This document shows, one piece after another, positions 47,926 to 59,531 of a stretch of 64,000 nucleotides of DNA. The notes beneath the pieces are model-generated. The model did not search any database. It was not told where the DNA came from and saw only the letters and a program-made list of their open reading frames with translations. This DNA is from Candidatus Eiseniibacteriota bacterium (GTDB lineage: Bacteria; Eisenbacteria; RBG-16-71-46; DASYSL01), in NCBI GenBank assembly GCA_046598045.1, contig JBKJJJ010000162.1, forward strand, positions 17 to 64,016, given 5' to 3'. Numbering within the stretch: position 1 is the first letter of the stretch; each line of letters opens with the position of its first letter. Position numbers and translations under genes: made by a program.

Positions 47926-49370
47926 GGGAGGACCACGAGCGCCCGCAGGGCGCGCGCGGACCCTGCCGACAGCCGAACGCGGTACACCCCGGGCGCAACC
48001 CGGCTACCGCTGGAATCGTGCAGGTCCCACGCGATCGCGAGCTCGTTCCGTTCGCCCACGCCGCTCCACAGCGTCGCCACCTTGCGGCCTGCGACGCTGA
48101 AGACTTCGAGCCGGCCCCGGAGCGACTCGGCCACGCGAAACCGCAGGGTGACCGACGTCGTCGCCGGCGTGGGTGTCGGCGGGAGTAGCGCCACACCTTC
48201 GACTCCGACCGGCTCGCCGACCCCGACCAGCGCGTCGCCGATCGCGTAGAACCTGCCGTCTTCGGCGCCGAAATACACCGTGCCGTCGGCGCCGATCGCC
48301 GGCGAGGTGCGGATCGAGGAATTCGCCAGGAACTTCCAGCGCACAGTTCCGTTCGGATTTGCGCAATAGAGTGTCGAGTCGTCGGAGCCGAAATAGACCG
48401 TGCCATCTCTCGCCACCGCCGGGGACGAGCGGACCTCGTGCCGCGCCGAGACCCGCCACAGCTTGACGCCCGTCGCGGGGTCGAGTCCCACGATGTGCGA
48501 CCCCATGCCCGCCACGACAACGCCGTCGGCGCGCACGGCCGGGGTGACGTCGATGTTCGTCGTATCCGTGTAGGTCCAGCGGATGGAGCCGTCGGGGCGC
48601 AGCGCGCGAAAGATCCGGTCCCGGCTTCCGCAGTAGATCGTCGAGTCGGGTCCGACCGTCGGGGAAGCGAGGTTGATCACTCCGCCCGTCGTGCCCGACC
48701 ACCTCAATCCCCCGGCGTTGGTGACCGCATAGATGTTGGCGTCCCAGGATCCGACGTAGAGATCCCCGGAAGGGCCCACCGCGGGAGAGGAACGCACGAA
48801 GTTGAACGTGGGGAACGCCCACACCGGCGCGCCCGCGGCGGTGAAGCGGTAGAGGTTGTAGTCGCTGCTGCCCACCACGACATCGCCATTCGGCAGGATC
48901 AGCGGCGACGACCTGAAGTTGTTTCCCCGGGTTGCGCTCCAGCGCAGCGTGCCGTTCGAGCGCACGGCGTAGAACGTGCTGTCCATCGCCCCGAAGTAGA
49001 CCGTGCCGTCCGCGGCGATCGCGGGACTCGAATAGCGCAGCGGAGCGCCCGCGAGAAACGACCAGCGCAACGCGCCGTTGGGCTCGAGCGCGTAGAGCCG
49101 GCCGTCGATGGCGCCGAAGTAGATCGCGCCGTCGGGTCCAATCGCCGGCGACGATTCGATGATCGAATCCGCTGCCAGGAAGGACCACTTGACGAACGGA
49201 ACATTGATGCCGGGGGCGGCGGACAATCCCCGGTGCGCAGGACCCCCGTGGAACATGGGCCAGGGGGAGGTCGCAAGCTGAGCATGGGAGATCGTGGGTG
49301 CGGCGAGCAGGAGGAGAGCTCCCGCAGCAATCGCCCGCGTGATCACCACCGGGCTGCGATGTCGTGGCAT
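47922..49370 (-). CDS. Secreted PQQ-like beta-propeller repeat protein with T9SS-type C-terminal domain (cassette copy 2)
   Basis: 482 aa; signal MPRHRSPVVITRAIAAGALLLLAAPTISHAQ; same repeat units; C-terminus '...LEVFSVAGRKVATLWSG...APGVYRVRLSAGSARALRALVVLP'. Confidence 0.75.
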   Translation of the reverse strand: MPRHRSPVVITRAIAAGALLLLAAPTISHAQLATSPWPMFHGGPAHRGLSAAPGINVPFVKWSFLAADSIIESSPAIGPDGAIYFGAIDGRLYALEPNGALRWSFLAGAPLRYSSPAIAADGTVYFGAMDSTFYAVRSNGTLRWSATRGNNFRSSPLILPNGDVVVGSSDYNLYRFTAAGAPVWAFPTFNFVRSSPAVGPSGDLYVGSWDANIYAVTNAGGLRWSGTTGGVINLASPTVGPDSTIYCGSRDRIFRALRPDGSIRWTYTDTTNIDVTPAVRADGVVVAGMGSHIVGLDPATGVKLWRVSARHEVRSSPAVARDGTVYFGSDDSTLYCANPNGTVRWKFLANSSIRTSPAIGADGTVYFGAEDGRFYAIGDALVGVGEPVGVEGVALLPPTPTPATTSVTLRFRVAESLRGRLEVFSVAGRKVATLWSGVGERNELAIAWDLHDSSGSRVAPGVYRVRLSAGSARALRALVVLP

Positions 49371-49387
49371 GTCGGCCTCCTAACGGT

Positions 49388-50335
49388 CTACTTGCGAGTT
49401 GCGCTCAAGGCGATGCCGAACATCGAAACGTCATAGCTCTTGCCCGGTCGCGTGGAGACGCGTCGCCGCCACGACCCGTAACATTCGGCGACCACGGGCC
49501 CCGCGATGGCGTGCCCGAGCGTGGTCGAGGCCAGCGCTCGCGTATCACCCCGGCCGAAATTTTCGGCGAACGACTGCCCGGTGCGGTAGTTGCGCAATCC
49601 AAGCTGAAGTTCCAATTCCCCGGTGACTCCCGCCGGAAGCGGCCAGTCCACGAGGGCGCGCAGAGCGTTCTGCTGATAGCTGAACAGCCGCGTCACCGAG
49701 TCCCCCCGCCGGTACTCGTGGGCGAGGCTGACCATTCGCCCCCCGGAGAGGTTTCGCTCCAGGCCGGTCCGGAAGGACCAGCGATGGCCGTCGCGCTCGT
49801 CGTACGTGGGAACGAAATCGTCACGCTCGTATTCCGCCCGCGCGTTCACCCGCCAGCCGGGGGTCAGGTCGATCCTGACATCTCCGCCGAGCGCGGAGCG
49901 ATCGAGCAACGCCCCATCCGAATCCCGGGCGGGAAACGACAACTCGCCGTCCGTGCGTTCTCCGTAAATCCGAAGACGATAGCGGCTCGCCCTGAGGTCC
50001 GTCCCGACGGTCCATTGCTCGAGGTTGCGTGCGGACCACCTGTCATAGCGTTCCGCGACGAGCTTCCCCCAGGGCAAGATCCGGAGCCCCTTCCCCACCG
50101 ATGCGCGCACGGACATCTTCAGCGACACCCTCGTGCCCCAATCAGGCCGGGGTTGGGCGACGCCGGGAAAGAGGTCCTCGGTGTGGAAGCGCTCGATACG
50201 GGCCGTGCCGCCCCAGGTGTGCTCCAACGCGGTCTCGGCATGGCAGAGCCGGGGGCTGAGGAGCATCGAGGCCACACCCCACGAAGCGAGGACTGCATTT
50301 CTGTGTCCCGGAACCGCCCGGCGCAACGGCCGCAT
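49388..50335 (-). CDS. Putative outer-membrane beta-barrel protein (cassette copy 2)
   Basis: 315 aa from internal ATG (MRPLRRAVPGHRNAVLASWGVASMLLSPRLCHA signal-like); paralog of 40306..41241. Confidence 0.5.
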   Translation of the reverse strand: MRPLRRAVPGHRNAVLASWGVASMLLSPRLCHAETALEHTWGGTARIERFHTEDLFPGVAQPRPDWGTRVSLKMSVRASVGKGLRILPWGKLVAERYDRWSARNLEQWTVGTDLRASRYRLRIYGERTDGELSFPARDSDGALLDRSALGGDVRIDLTPGWRVNARAEYERDDFVPTYDERDGHRWSFRTGLERNLSGGRMVSLAHEYRRGDSVTRLFSYQQNALRALVDWPLPAGVTGELELQLGLRNYRTGQSFAENFGRGDTRALASTTLGHAIAGPVVAECYGSWRRRVSTRPGKSYDVSMFGIALSATRK

Positions 50336-50446
50336 TCGAGTCTCCACTCGCAGGGAACCCCCCGACCGCTTCGCGCCGGATGACGGCGACCGGCAGAGGC
50401 TGTCCCGTAGGTGGATCGAAGGGGGTTGGAAATACAAGACTCTCGC

Positions 50447-50474
50447 GGGGAGGAGAAGCGGGGAGGAGAAGCGG
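50447..50474. repeat. Tandem direct repeat GGGGAGGAGAAGCG x2 upstream of cassette copy 2
   Basis: Seen in 180-nt intergenic region between subtilisin stop and OMP start. Confidence 0.4.
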
Positions 50475-50516
50475 GGAGGGCCGGTTCCGGGCGGGGATCC
50501 CGGGCCGGCGATCGGC

Positions 50517-51854
50517 TCAGGGAGTCGCGCGCCGCAATTCCGTCCCCCCGGGTTCCAAATCTCCGGAGGCGACCGGGCCGAGGGCGGCCCCGAGGTTGAG
50601 GATGCCGGCCCCGAAGAGCGTCGTGGCTCCGGGAACAGTCGGTTCAATGGGGGTTGCGGTCTGCTGCATGCGGGCAAGGACCTTGGTGCGCGACCAGTCG
50701 GGGTGCGCGGCGATCAGGAGGGCCGCACCGCCGGCGACCCACGGCGCCGACATCGAGGTTCCGCTCCAAACCGCGGTGTTCCCGTTCCAGAACGCACTGC
50801 GAATCCCCTGCCCCGGAGCACACAGGGCGACCTGGCTGCCGAAGCTCGTGAACGAAGCGGGACGATTGTCCGTCCCCGACGCCGCGATCGCGACCGTGGG
50901 GTCATTTTCCGCCGGATACTCTTCCGGCCATTCGGCGCCCCAGTTTCCCGCCGACGCGACGACCACGATTCCGACGGCATGCGCGCGGCCGATGGCGTCC
51001 GCGAGAAGTTGATCGTCGACCAGCATCCCGAGGCTGAGGTTGATCACGTCCGCCCCGCGAAGCCGGGCGTAGTCGATCGCGCGTGCAATCGTGAAGGCAT
51101 CGCCGCGCCCGTCATTGTCGAGCACCCGCAGCGGCAGGATCCTGGCGGCAGGGGCGACGAGCGCAACGATCCCGGCGACGTGACTGCCATGGCCGAGGGC
51201 CTCGTCGATCAGGCCGTCGCCGTCGGAATCGATGCCATCGGGAACCTCGCGCGGATCACTATCGTTGTCCACGAAGTCGTAGCCGCTGACGAGGTGCGTC
51301 ACCAGCAAAGGGTGGGTGGGGTCCACGCCGGTATCGAGCACGGCGACCATGGTGCCGCGACCGGTCGAATTGACGTGGGCTTGCGAGAGGCCGACGCGTG
51401 CTGCGGCGAATTGGTCGGAGTAACCGGAGCGGTCCGGGAAGCCGTCGTCGAACGCGAAGGAGTGTCCGCGCGACTCGGCGGTTTCCGCATACTGGTTGGG
51501 CTCGGCCCACGCCACTCGTGCGTCCCCGCGCAGCGCCGCCGAGCTCGAGTCCGGATCCGCCCCTGCCGGCAGGACGCAGAGGATGGCCGAGCCGACCTGG
51601 CCGATGCGGCTGAGCGAGTACTCCGTCTCGACCTGGTTCTCGTTGCTCGCGTCCCTAGCCGACCAGACGAGCTGCCCGGGAAGTGACTGAGCGACGACGA
51701 CCGGCGGAGCGGCGGCGTCGACCCGGTACGCCGCCCCGAGGCGCGTCTGCGGCGACATGGGGGCGCTCGACGGAGCGCACGCCGCGCCGGAGCAAGCGAA
51801 TGCAAGCAGGAGCGCGAGTCGCAGGAGAGGGTGTGAATGCACGTGAACCATCAT
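50517..51854 (-). CDS. Subtilisin-family serine peptidase (S8), lipoprotein-type signal
   Basis: 445 aa from internal ATG (MMVHVHSHPLLRLALLLAFACSGAAC); catalytic triad blocks 'VAVLDTGVD', 'HGSHVAGIVA', 'GTSMSAPWVAGGAALL'. Confidence 0.85.
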   Translation of the reverse strand: MMVHVHSHPLLRLALLLAFACSGAACAPSSAPMSPQTRLGAAYRVDAAAPPVVVAQSLPGQLVWSARDASNENQVETEYSLSRIGQVGSAILCVLPAGADPDSSSAALRGDARVAWAEPNQYAETAESRGHSFAFDDGFPDRSGYSDQFAAARVGLSQAHVNSTGRGTMVAVLDTGVDPTHPLLVTHLVSGYDFVDNDSDPREVPDGIDSDGDGLIDEALGHGSHVAGIVALVAPAARILPLRVLDNDGRGDAFTIARAIDYARLRGADVINLSLGMLVDDQLLADAIGRAHAVGIVVVASAGNWGAEWPEEYPAENDPTVAIAASGTDNRPASFTSFGSQVALCAPGQGIRSAFWNGNTAVWSGTSMSAPWVAGGAALLIAAHPDWSRTKVLARMQQTATPIEPTVPGATTLFGAGILNLGAALGPVASGDLEPGGTELRRATP

Positions 51855-51886
51855 GACTCCGCTCCGGGGTGTGGGATCGATTCCGT

Positions 51887-54739
51887 CTAGGATTCTACCA
51901 TGGACCGACCCACCCCCGGCAACCGGAGAGCCGCCCGCGCGCCGGGGATCGACAGCCGCGCTTCGGCATCCCCGAGCAGGGTCCAAGCGTTCGCACTCCA
52001 ATGGGTTGCCGGATCCGCGGGCGCGTCCGCGCGTGCTCCCGCGAGGGCTTCGCCGAGCGCTTCGCCCCGGATGAGGCGCTCGTAAATCGCGGCGCTCAGG
52101 GCAAATGTGGCACCATCGTCCGCATCCCAGAGGCTCGCGAGCACGGTGCGGGTGTTCGCCCGGAGGAGCCCTCCCGCCAGTCCCTGCCAGTCGTTCCGGA
52201 ATCCGCCGACGAGCTCGCCGGTCCGACAGGCCGCGAGCACCACGGTGCGCGGGGCGTGTCCTCCCGGCGCGAGATCAGGCAGGTACGCCCAACGATCCGC
52301 GAGCCGCACGCCGGAGAGCACGGGCCGATCGCCATCGTGACGCCCGTGCCCCGAGAGGTGCAACCAATCGGCTCCCGCCACGGCCGCGCGCACCCGCGCC
52401 GCGGTCGCATCCCGGCCGAGCAGGACGCGCGCACCGGGCAGCAGTTGCGCAAGGTGACCGATCTCGCGCTCGACGGCCGGCATGTGTTCATCACCGAGGC
52501 CGACGAGCACCACCGGTCCCGGGCCGAGCCTGTGGGTCGAGGCGGCGGACGCCGGTCGTCGCGCCGGGCGCACTCGACCGGCTTGCAGAAACGCCACGCT
52601 CGGCAACACCGACACCATGGCGGGAGCAAGCGACGACCACGGCAGCGTGACGAGCGGCCCCGAGGGCACGACCACGAGGTGCGCCGGCTCGACGCCCCGT
52701 TCGCGCGCCGCACGCAGCGGTTCTGCCAGCAGGACGCGTCCGAGTTCCGCAAGGGCCTGCTCGAGCGCCGGCCCGGCGCCCGGGAGACGGCCTGCGGCCC
52801 CACGCGCAAGGTATCGAATCTCGTCGAGCGCGGTCTCGAGCGCCGTCGGCGAGAGCAGCCACTCGTGGACGGCGCAACCGTTCGCATCGAGCGCGAAAAC
52901 CCCGACGCGGCCGGGGAGCACGAAGTATTCGAGGACCAGCTCGTGGGGTCCGAGCACGGCCCGGGCCGCGGCGAGCGTCGGCGGGGCGGGCGCGTGCCGG
53001 CCGCGCCGGCCCAGCGCTTCGCGTTCGACCTTGTCGAGGAGCCGCGCGACCTCGCGTCGCTCCTGCTGCTGGGGCGCGACAAACGGCTCCGGAACCGCGG
53101 CGCGGGGCGAACGCCCGAAGCTCCGCACCTCGAGCCGACACGCCAGCGCACGCAAGCGGGCCTCGAGCTGCGGCGGGAAGCGCCCATGGGTGAGGGCCCC
53201 GGGGGTTCCCGGGTCGAAGCGCTCGAACGCCCGCGCGCGCGCGCGCTCGAGCGCGCGAAACACCCCCGCGGGCCGTCCCGCCGCGAGTTCGAGCGCGACC
53301 ATCCCCGGATACGCGTCCTCCCACGCGGTCCAGTCCGTGGCGCGAAAGAGTTCGCCCTGCACGCGGCCCGCCAGGGACTCGCTGATGCGCATGGCGCGGG
53401 CATACGCCCTCCGCGCACGGCCCAGATCCTGAGCCGCCACGGCCGCGTCCCCCTCGAGACAGGCGACGCGAAACGCCAGAAACGTCGCGTCCGCGCGCCG
53501 CGCCCGTTCCGCGGCGCGCGCGATCAGCCGCGCGGTCGGGCGGCCGAGCGCGAGTGCGGCCCGACCCGCGAGGACCCACGCGAGTCCGGCGCGCACGCGG
53601 TCGCCGGCGCGCTCGAATCTCGCCGCCGCGAGCCGGGCTCCACGGAGAGCGCGCGCGCCGCGGTGCTGCGCCAGATCGCATTCGGCCCGAGCGAGCTCAC
53701 ATTGCCCGATCCAGACCTGGTTGTTCTCGCGTACGAAACCTCGCCGCGCGTTCGCCAGGCAACCGCGGGCCCCGGAATACTCCCCGCGCGCCGCGTGGGC
53801 CACGCCTTCGAAGTACTGGCTCTTGGCCCGCTCGTAACGCATGCCGAGCTCCCCCGCACGCGCCGCGGCTCGCGCGGCGGCGGTCGCTGCATCGGAGGGG
53901 CGTCCCAACCGCAGATGAATCTCGCTTGCGTCCGCGTCGAGCAGGACGCGGTAGTCCTCGGCGCCCAGGCCCGCGAAGCGCGGCTCGAGTGCGGCCAATG
54001 CGAAAAGGGCCTCGGCGTAGCGATGCTGCAGGAACAGGAGGTAGGCGAGGGCGTAGTCGCAACCGGCGGCCTCGAGCGCGCGCCCCGACTGTTGGAACGC
54101 GTTCCCGGCATGGCGCAACAGGCGGGCCGCATCCCCGGGCCGGCCTCCGAGGGCCAGGCAATTTGCACGATTGGCGTCCACGCGCGCGAGGACCGCACGG
54201 TTGGCTCCCCCCGCCGCTTTCAGGCCCCTGCGAGCACGGGTATAGAGCGCGAGCGCCTGGCGCGGGCGATCGAGCCGGTATTCGAGGTTGGCGACGTTGT
54301 TCAGCAGGCGGGCCGCAGCCGAGCGCTCCCCGGCGCGCACGAAGCGCGGCAGCGCCGAAGCGGCAGTCCGACGCGCCTGGGAATAGCGACCGAGGTACAT
54401 CAGCGCGTCGACCCATCCGATCGCGCAGCGGGCGGATTCGAGGGGCAGGCCAGCGGCCTCGAACAGGTCGGTTGCAGCCCGGTAGTCCCGCGATGCCTCC
54501 GCATGGCGGCCGAGCCCCCGGAGCGCATGGGCCTGCACACGCAACAGGCGCGCACGCAACACCAGTCCGGTGCCGCGGTTGGTCCCCGATCCGATGCGGC
54601 CGAGGGCGCGCGCGGCCGCGGCCAGGCCCGCCTGTGCCGAGCGAGCACGCGCGCGTTCGACGCGTTCGATTTGCGCGTCCGCAGGGGATGGATTCTTCTC
54701 CGATCGGGAGGTGCGAGGCAAGGGAGAGCCCGGCATCAT
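51887..54739 (-). CDS. TPR-repeat protein with C-terminal CHAT (caspase-like) protease domain
   Basis: 950 aa from internal ATG of ORF 51887..55510; many TPR-like Ala/Leu/Arg-rich repeats; C-terminal 'ADWLHLSGHGRHDG...VVLAACRTGE' His/Cys dyad of CHAT domain. Confidence 0.7.
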   Translation of the reverse strand: MMPGSPLPRTSRSEKNPSPADAQIERVERARARSAQAGLAAAARALGRIGSGTNRGTGLVLRARLLRVQAHALRGLGRHAEASRDYRAATDLFEAAGLPLESARCAIGWVDALMYLGRYSQARRTAASALPRFVRAGERSAAARLLNNVANLEYRLDRPRQALALYTRARRGLKAAGGANRAVLARVDANRANCLALGGRPGDAARLLRHAGNAFQQSGRALEAAGCDYALAYLLFLQHRYAEALFALAALEPRFAGLGAEDYRVLLDADASEIHLRLGRPSDAATAAARAAARAGELGMRYERAKSQYFEGVAHAARGEYSGARGCLANARRGFVRENNQVWIGQCELARAECDLAQHRGARALRGARLAAARFERAGDRVRAGLAWVLAGRAALALGRPTARLIARAAERARRADATFLAFRVACLEGDAAVAAQDLGRARRAYARAMRISESLAGRVQGELFRATDWTAWEDAYPGMVALELAAGRPAGVFRALERARARAFERFDPGTPGALTHGRFPPQLEARLRALACRLEVRSFGRSPRAAVPEPFVAPQQQERREVARLLDKVEREALGRRGRHAPAPPTLAAARAVLGPHELVLEYFVLPGRVGVFALDANGCAVHEWLLSPTALETALDEIRYLARGAAGRLPGAGPALEQALAELGRVLLAEPLRAARERGVEPAHLVVVPSGPLVTLPWSSLAPAMVSVLPSVAFLQAGRVRPARRPASAASTHRLGPGPVVLVGLGDEHMPAVEREIGHLAQLLPGARVLLGRDATAARVRAAVAGADWLHLSGHGRHDGDRPVLSGVRLADRWAYLPDLAPGGHAPRTVVLAACRTGELVGGFRNDWQGLAGGLLRANTRTVLASLWDADDGATFALSAAIYERLIRGEALGEALAGARADAPADPATHWSANAWTLLGDAEARLSIPGARAALRLPGVGRSMVES

Positions 54740-54768
54740 GGCATGCGGATCGCGGGAGCGGGGCGGAC

Positions 54769-55434
54769 TCAGCGCGGCGGAGCGCGCCGGGCACGCCGCG
54801 CCGGGGGAACCCATGCGGAACGAAATGAGCGCGCCTTGCTCTCGAGGGTCACCCGGACCTCCGGGCTGAGCAGCGCGACCGGGCCAAAGAATCCGCGCGG
54901 TCCCGGGACCACGCGCCGCGGGCGCCCGTGTCGGGTCTCGAAGAGCAGCCGGGGGGCCGCCACTTCCTTCGCCACGGCGACACGACCACGCAGGCTCCAG
55001 GCATCTCCTTCGGGCAGCCATTCCAGGTCGATGCGAAATGGGCCGCCCTCGAGCGTGCAATTGCGGGTTCGAGGCTCGCCGCGCACCGCGGCGCCGGGGC
55101 TGGACATACGCTCCCGGTGAAAGGCGCCCGAATCCATCAGGAGCCGCAGGCGCGCGAATCCCGCCGGGGCCGTCGCGCGAGCCGGCACCATCGCGAAGGC
55201 CGCCTCGGCCCGGCGACGAACCGCTTTCGGCACCGGTTCGAATGCGCCGGGCAGCGCGGCCAGTCTCACGAGGCGGGCGGCCTCCTGGATCCGCCGGCAC
55301 GGCGTACATGCGCGAGCGTGGCGCTCGTGGGCACGGGCCGCGTCCGCCTCGAGCACACCCAGGGACCAGAGCATCCATTCCCCGGCCGCGGGGTGGGTCG
55401 CTTGCTTGTCCATCGTCGGCTGACGTCGTTTCAT
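54769..55434 (-). CDS. Putative anti-sigma factor (zinc-finger type, HxxxCxxC)
   Basis: 221 aa from internal ATG overlapping sigma stop (ATGA); 'AHERHARACTPCRRIQEAARL' ZAS-like motif; position directly after ECF sigma gene. Confidence 0.5.
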   Translation of the reverse strand: MKRRQPTMDKQATHPAAGEWMLWSLGVLEADAARAHERHARACTPCRRIQEAARLVRLAALPGAFEPVPKAVRRRAEAAFAMVPARATAPAGFARLRLLMDSGAFHRERMSSPGAAVRGEPRTRNCTLEGGPFRIDLEWLPEGDAWSLRGRVAVAKEVAAPRLLFETRHGRPRRVVPGPRGFFGPVALLSPEVRVTLESKARSFRSAWVPPARRARRAPPR

Positions 55435-56040
55435 CGGACACTCCGCGTTTGAACACGCGAAGGGCGCGTGTTCGACTCCAAGGTGGACTTTGCGGGGCCC
55501 GTGATACCACGATTCTTGAGCAGTTCGAACATCCGGGCCAGGCAGCGGCGGCGTGTCGGTCCGAGGGAGCCCAGGGGCTCCGAGACGCGCTTCGCGATTT
55601 CGGCGTACGAGGGCGTGGGATCGCTCAGGAAGAGGAGCGTGAGGAGTTCGCGGCAGCGCGGCGACACCTGCGCGAGGGCTGCTTGCACGTCCCGCCGGGC
55701 TTCGAAGGCGGTGAGAACCTGGTCCACTTCTGGCTCCGAGGCCACGACATTCTCCCAAAATGCCCCGTCCGGCGGGCGCACCTCCCGGCGGCTGCGGGCG
55801 CGCTTGTCACGCGCGATGCGGAACGCGGTTTGTGCCAGCCAGCGGGGCAGCGTGCGGGAATCCCGCAGCCGGGGGAGCCCGCTCAGGAACGCGACGGCGA
55901 CATCCTGGAACACGTCCGCCGCGTCATCCGCGTCGAACCCCATGCGACGGGGCACCGAGTAGATCAGGCGCTCGTAGCGATCGAGGAACGTGACCCATGC
56001 GCGCTCGTCTCCCTGCCTCAGGCGCGCGACGAGTTCCCGG

Positions 56041-56057
<17 letters not shown>
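55431..56057 (-). CDS. ECF-type RNA polymerase sigma factor (sigma-70 family regions 2 and 4)
   Basis: 'DRELVARLRQGDERAWVTFLDRYERLIYSV' (region 2) and 'SYAEIAKRVSEPLGSLGPTRRRCLARM' (region 4 HTH); start placed at internal TTG because ORF start at 56165 would overlap mnmA by 125 nt; start uncertain. Confidence 0.65.
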
Positions 56058-57210
<1,153 letters not shown>

Positions 57211-57216
57211 GCGCGT

Positions 57217-58182
57217 CTAGTGGTCTTCGGTCTTCTTCTCGGTCTGCTCGGCCTTCTCGGTCTTGTTCTCGGTCTTCTTCGCGGACTTGCCGCCGGCCTT
57301 CCCCGGCGCGCTGCCGTTGCCCGGGGCCATCGAGCCCTTGCTTCCGGTGTTCATCATGCCGCCGCCGGGCAGGACCGTGCTCGGGCCGCCCGAGCCGAGC
57401 GCGATCCCCGGCGTGACCACCGGCTGGTTGAGCGCGTCCTGCGGGCCGAGGTACTCCTTGAGCAGCTTGATGCTCTCGCCCGCGCTCTCGGCCTCGGGCG
57501 ACTTCGGCGCATTCTCCACCACCTGATTCCAGGCGCGGATCGCCTCGCGAAACATGCCCGCGTCGGCGTACGCGACGCCGAGCGTGAAGTAGGCGCAATG
57601 CGACTTCGGATTGTTCGCGATCGCCTCGCGCAGCACGGTCATCGCGGAATCCTTGATCCCGACCGCGTAGAACGACGAGGCGAGGCGGCAGGTGGCGATC
57701 TCGTCTCCCGGGCGCAGGCTGAGCGCCTGGCGGTAGCGCGTCCGCGCCTGGCCGCTGTGGCCATTCGCGTCTTCGGCTGCGCCGAGGTTGACCCACGCCT
57801 CGACATAGTCCGGCTTGGCTTCGGTCGCCTTCTGGAACATGCCCGCGGCATCCGCCGGGCGATCGCGATCGAGGTACGCAATGCCAAGGCGATAGAGCGC
57901 CTTCGCGTTGGTCGAGTCCCTCCTCACCGCCTTCTCGAGCCCGGGCAGCGAATCGGGCAGCGCCTTCGCAGTCTTCGCGGCCATCTTCGCGGCCGGCTTC
58001 GCGGCGACCGTGGGCGACGGCTTCGAGGCGGCGGTCGCTGCGGGCGCGGGATCGGCGGCGCGGGCGGCGTCGGGCGTGAGCCCGAACACCGTGCTCAGCG
58101 CGAGCGCGCAGGCGGCGGCAAGCACGAGGGACAACACGCGCGAACGCACGGCTGAGGCGGCATCAAGGGGCGGACGGACCAT
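57217..58182 (-). CDS. Secreted TPR-repeat protein with Lys/Glu-rich C-terminal tail
   Basis: 321 aa from internal ATG (signal MVRPPLDAASAVRSRVLSLVLAAACALALS); 3-4 TPR units (AKALYRLGIAYL..., AWVNLGAA..., AYFTLGVAYADAG). Confidence 0.6.
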   Translation of the reverse strand: MVRPPLDAASAVRSRVLSLVLAAACALALSTVFGLTPDAARAADPAPAATAASKPSPTVAAKPAAKMAAKTAKALPDSLPGLEKAVRRDSTNAKALYRLGIAYLDRDRPADAAGMFQKATEAKPDYVEAWVNLGAAEDANGHSGQARTRYRQALSLRPGDEIATCRLASSFYAVGIKDSAMTVLREAIANNPKSHCAYFTLGVAYADAGMFREAIRAWNQVVENAPKSPEAESAGESIKLLKEYLGPQDALNQPVVTPGIALGSGGPSTVLPGGGMMNTGSKGSMAPGNGSAPGKAGGKSAKKTENKTEKAEQTEKKTEDH

Positions 58183-58235
58183 GGACACGAATCTCCTCGA
58201 GAGGCGGGTGCGGGTGAAGACGGAACGCGCGCGCA

Positions 58236-59444
58236 TCACGCACGCACGGCGGCGACGTTGGACGCGGCGGCGGCGAGCGCCTGCGCGAGATCGTCGATCA
58301 GGTCGCGGGCATCCTCGATGCCCACGGAAAGGCGGACCATGCCCTCGGTCACGCCGGCTTCGGCGCGCTCCTCGGGGGTCAGGGCGAAGTGCGACGACGC
58401 GGCGGGCACCGAGACCAGCGACTCGACACCGCCGAGGCTGGCCGCGAGCTGGAACACGGTCAGCGAATCGACGAAGCGCGCGGCGGCCGACAGGTCGCCC
58501 GCGAGCTCGATCGTCACCATCCCGCCGGAGTCCTTCATCTGCGACTTCGCGAGCGCGTGGTCCGGGTGCGACGTCAGGCCAGGGTAGTGGACACGCTCGA
58601 CGAACGGGTGCTTCGACAGGAACTCGGCGACGGCGCGCGCATTCTGGCACGAGCGCTCGACGCGCACGGTCAGCGTCTTGATCGAGCGCTCGAGCAGCCA
58701 CGCCGCGTGCGGATCGATGCAGCCGCCGAGGATCTTGCGCACCTTCCACAGGTCGACCATGTGGTCGCGCGAGCCCATCGCGCACCCCGCGATCAGGTCC
58801 GTGTGGCCCGCCAGGTACTTGGTCGCGCTGTGCACGACGATGTCGGCACCGAGGTCGAGCGGCCGCTGCAGGAGCCCGGTGGCGAACGTGTTGTCGACCA
58901 CGAGCGCCGCGCCTGCGGCGTGCGCGCGGTCGGCGAGACGCGCCAGGTCGATCAGGCGAAGCGTCGGGTTCGTTGGCGACTCGGCGTAGACCACGCGCGG
59001 CTTCGCGTCGAGCATGACGTCGAGCGAGTCGACCTCGCGAATCGAGAACCAGTCCACCTTCCAGCCCACGCGCTCGGCCCAGTGCGACAGGAACTCGAAC
59101 GTGCCGCCGTAGATCTCGCGCTGGCACAGGATGCGGTCGCCGGGGCCGCACAGGGAGAAGAACGTCGAGGTGATCGCCGCCATGCCCGAGGCGAACGCGA
59201 GCGCCGCCTCGGCGCCCTCGAGGTTGGCCAGCTTCTGCTCGACCGCCGCGACGGTGGGATTCGCGTAACGGCTGTAGACCATGGCCTCGGGGCCGGCATG
59301 GAACGCCTCGAGCATGGTGGCAAGCGAGCGGAATCGGAACGTCGAGGTCTGGTAGATCGGCGAGGACACGCCACCGAACGGATTCGACAGGTGGCCCGCG
59401 TGAACCGCGCGCGTGGCCGGCCCCGGACGCGGGTCGGACGACAT
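58236..59444 (-). CDS. PLP-dependent Cys/Met metabolism enzyme (cystathionine gamma-synthase / methionine gamma-lyase family)
   Basis: 402 aa; 'VVHSATKYLAGHTDLIAG' PLP-Lys block and overall CGS/CBL-family similarity. Confidence 0.8.
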   Translation of the reverse strand: MSSDPRPGPATRAVHAGHLSNPFGGVSSPIYQTSTFRFRSLATMLEAFHAGPEAMVYSRYANPTVAAVEQKLANLEGAEAALAFASGMAAITSTFFSLCGPGDRILCQREIYGGTFEFLSHWAERVGWKVDWFSIREVDSLDVMLDAKPRVVYAESPTNPTLRLIDLARLADRAHAAGAALVVDNTFATGLLQRPLDLGADIVVHSATKYLAGHTDLIAGCAMGSRDHMVDLWKVRKILGGCIDPHAAWLLERSIKTLTVRVERSCQNARAVAEFLSKHPFVERVHYPGLTSHPDHALAKSQMKDSGGMVTIELAGDLSAAARFVDSLTVFQLAASLGGVESLVSVPAASSHFALTPEERAEAGVTEGMVRLSVGIEDARDLIDDLAQALAAAASNVAAVRA

Positions 59445-59531
59445 GCTTCCTCCGGTGAACGAGTGCGGGTTCTTGGCAAGCGGGATGGGAGTCGTTAGAG
59501 TCCCGTGAGAAGGCCCAAGTCTAAGGAACCC

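Noticed and set aside
51869-55120. 1083-aa ORF on plus strand
   Set aside because: Antisense of the TPR-CHAT gene and anti-sigma gene; Arg-rich low-complexity; GC-frame artefact.
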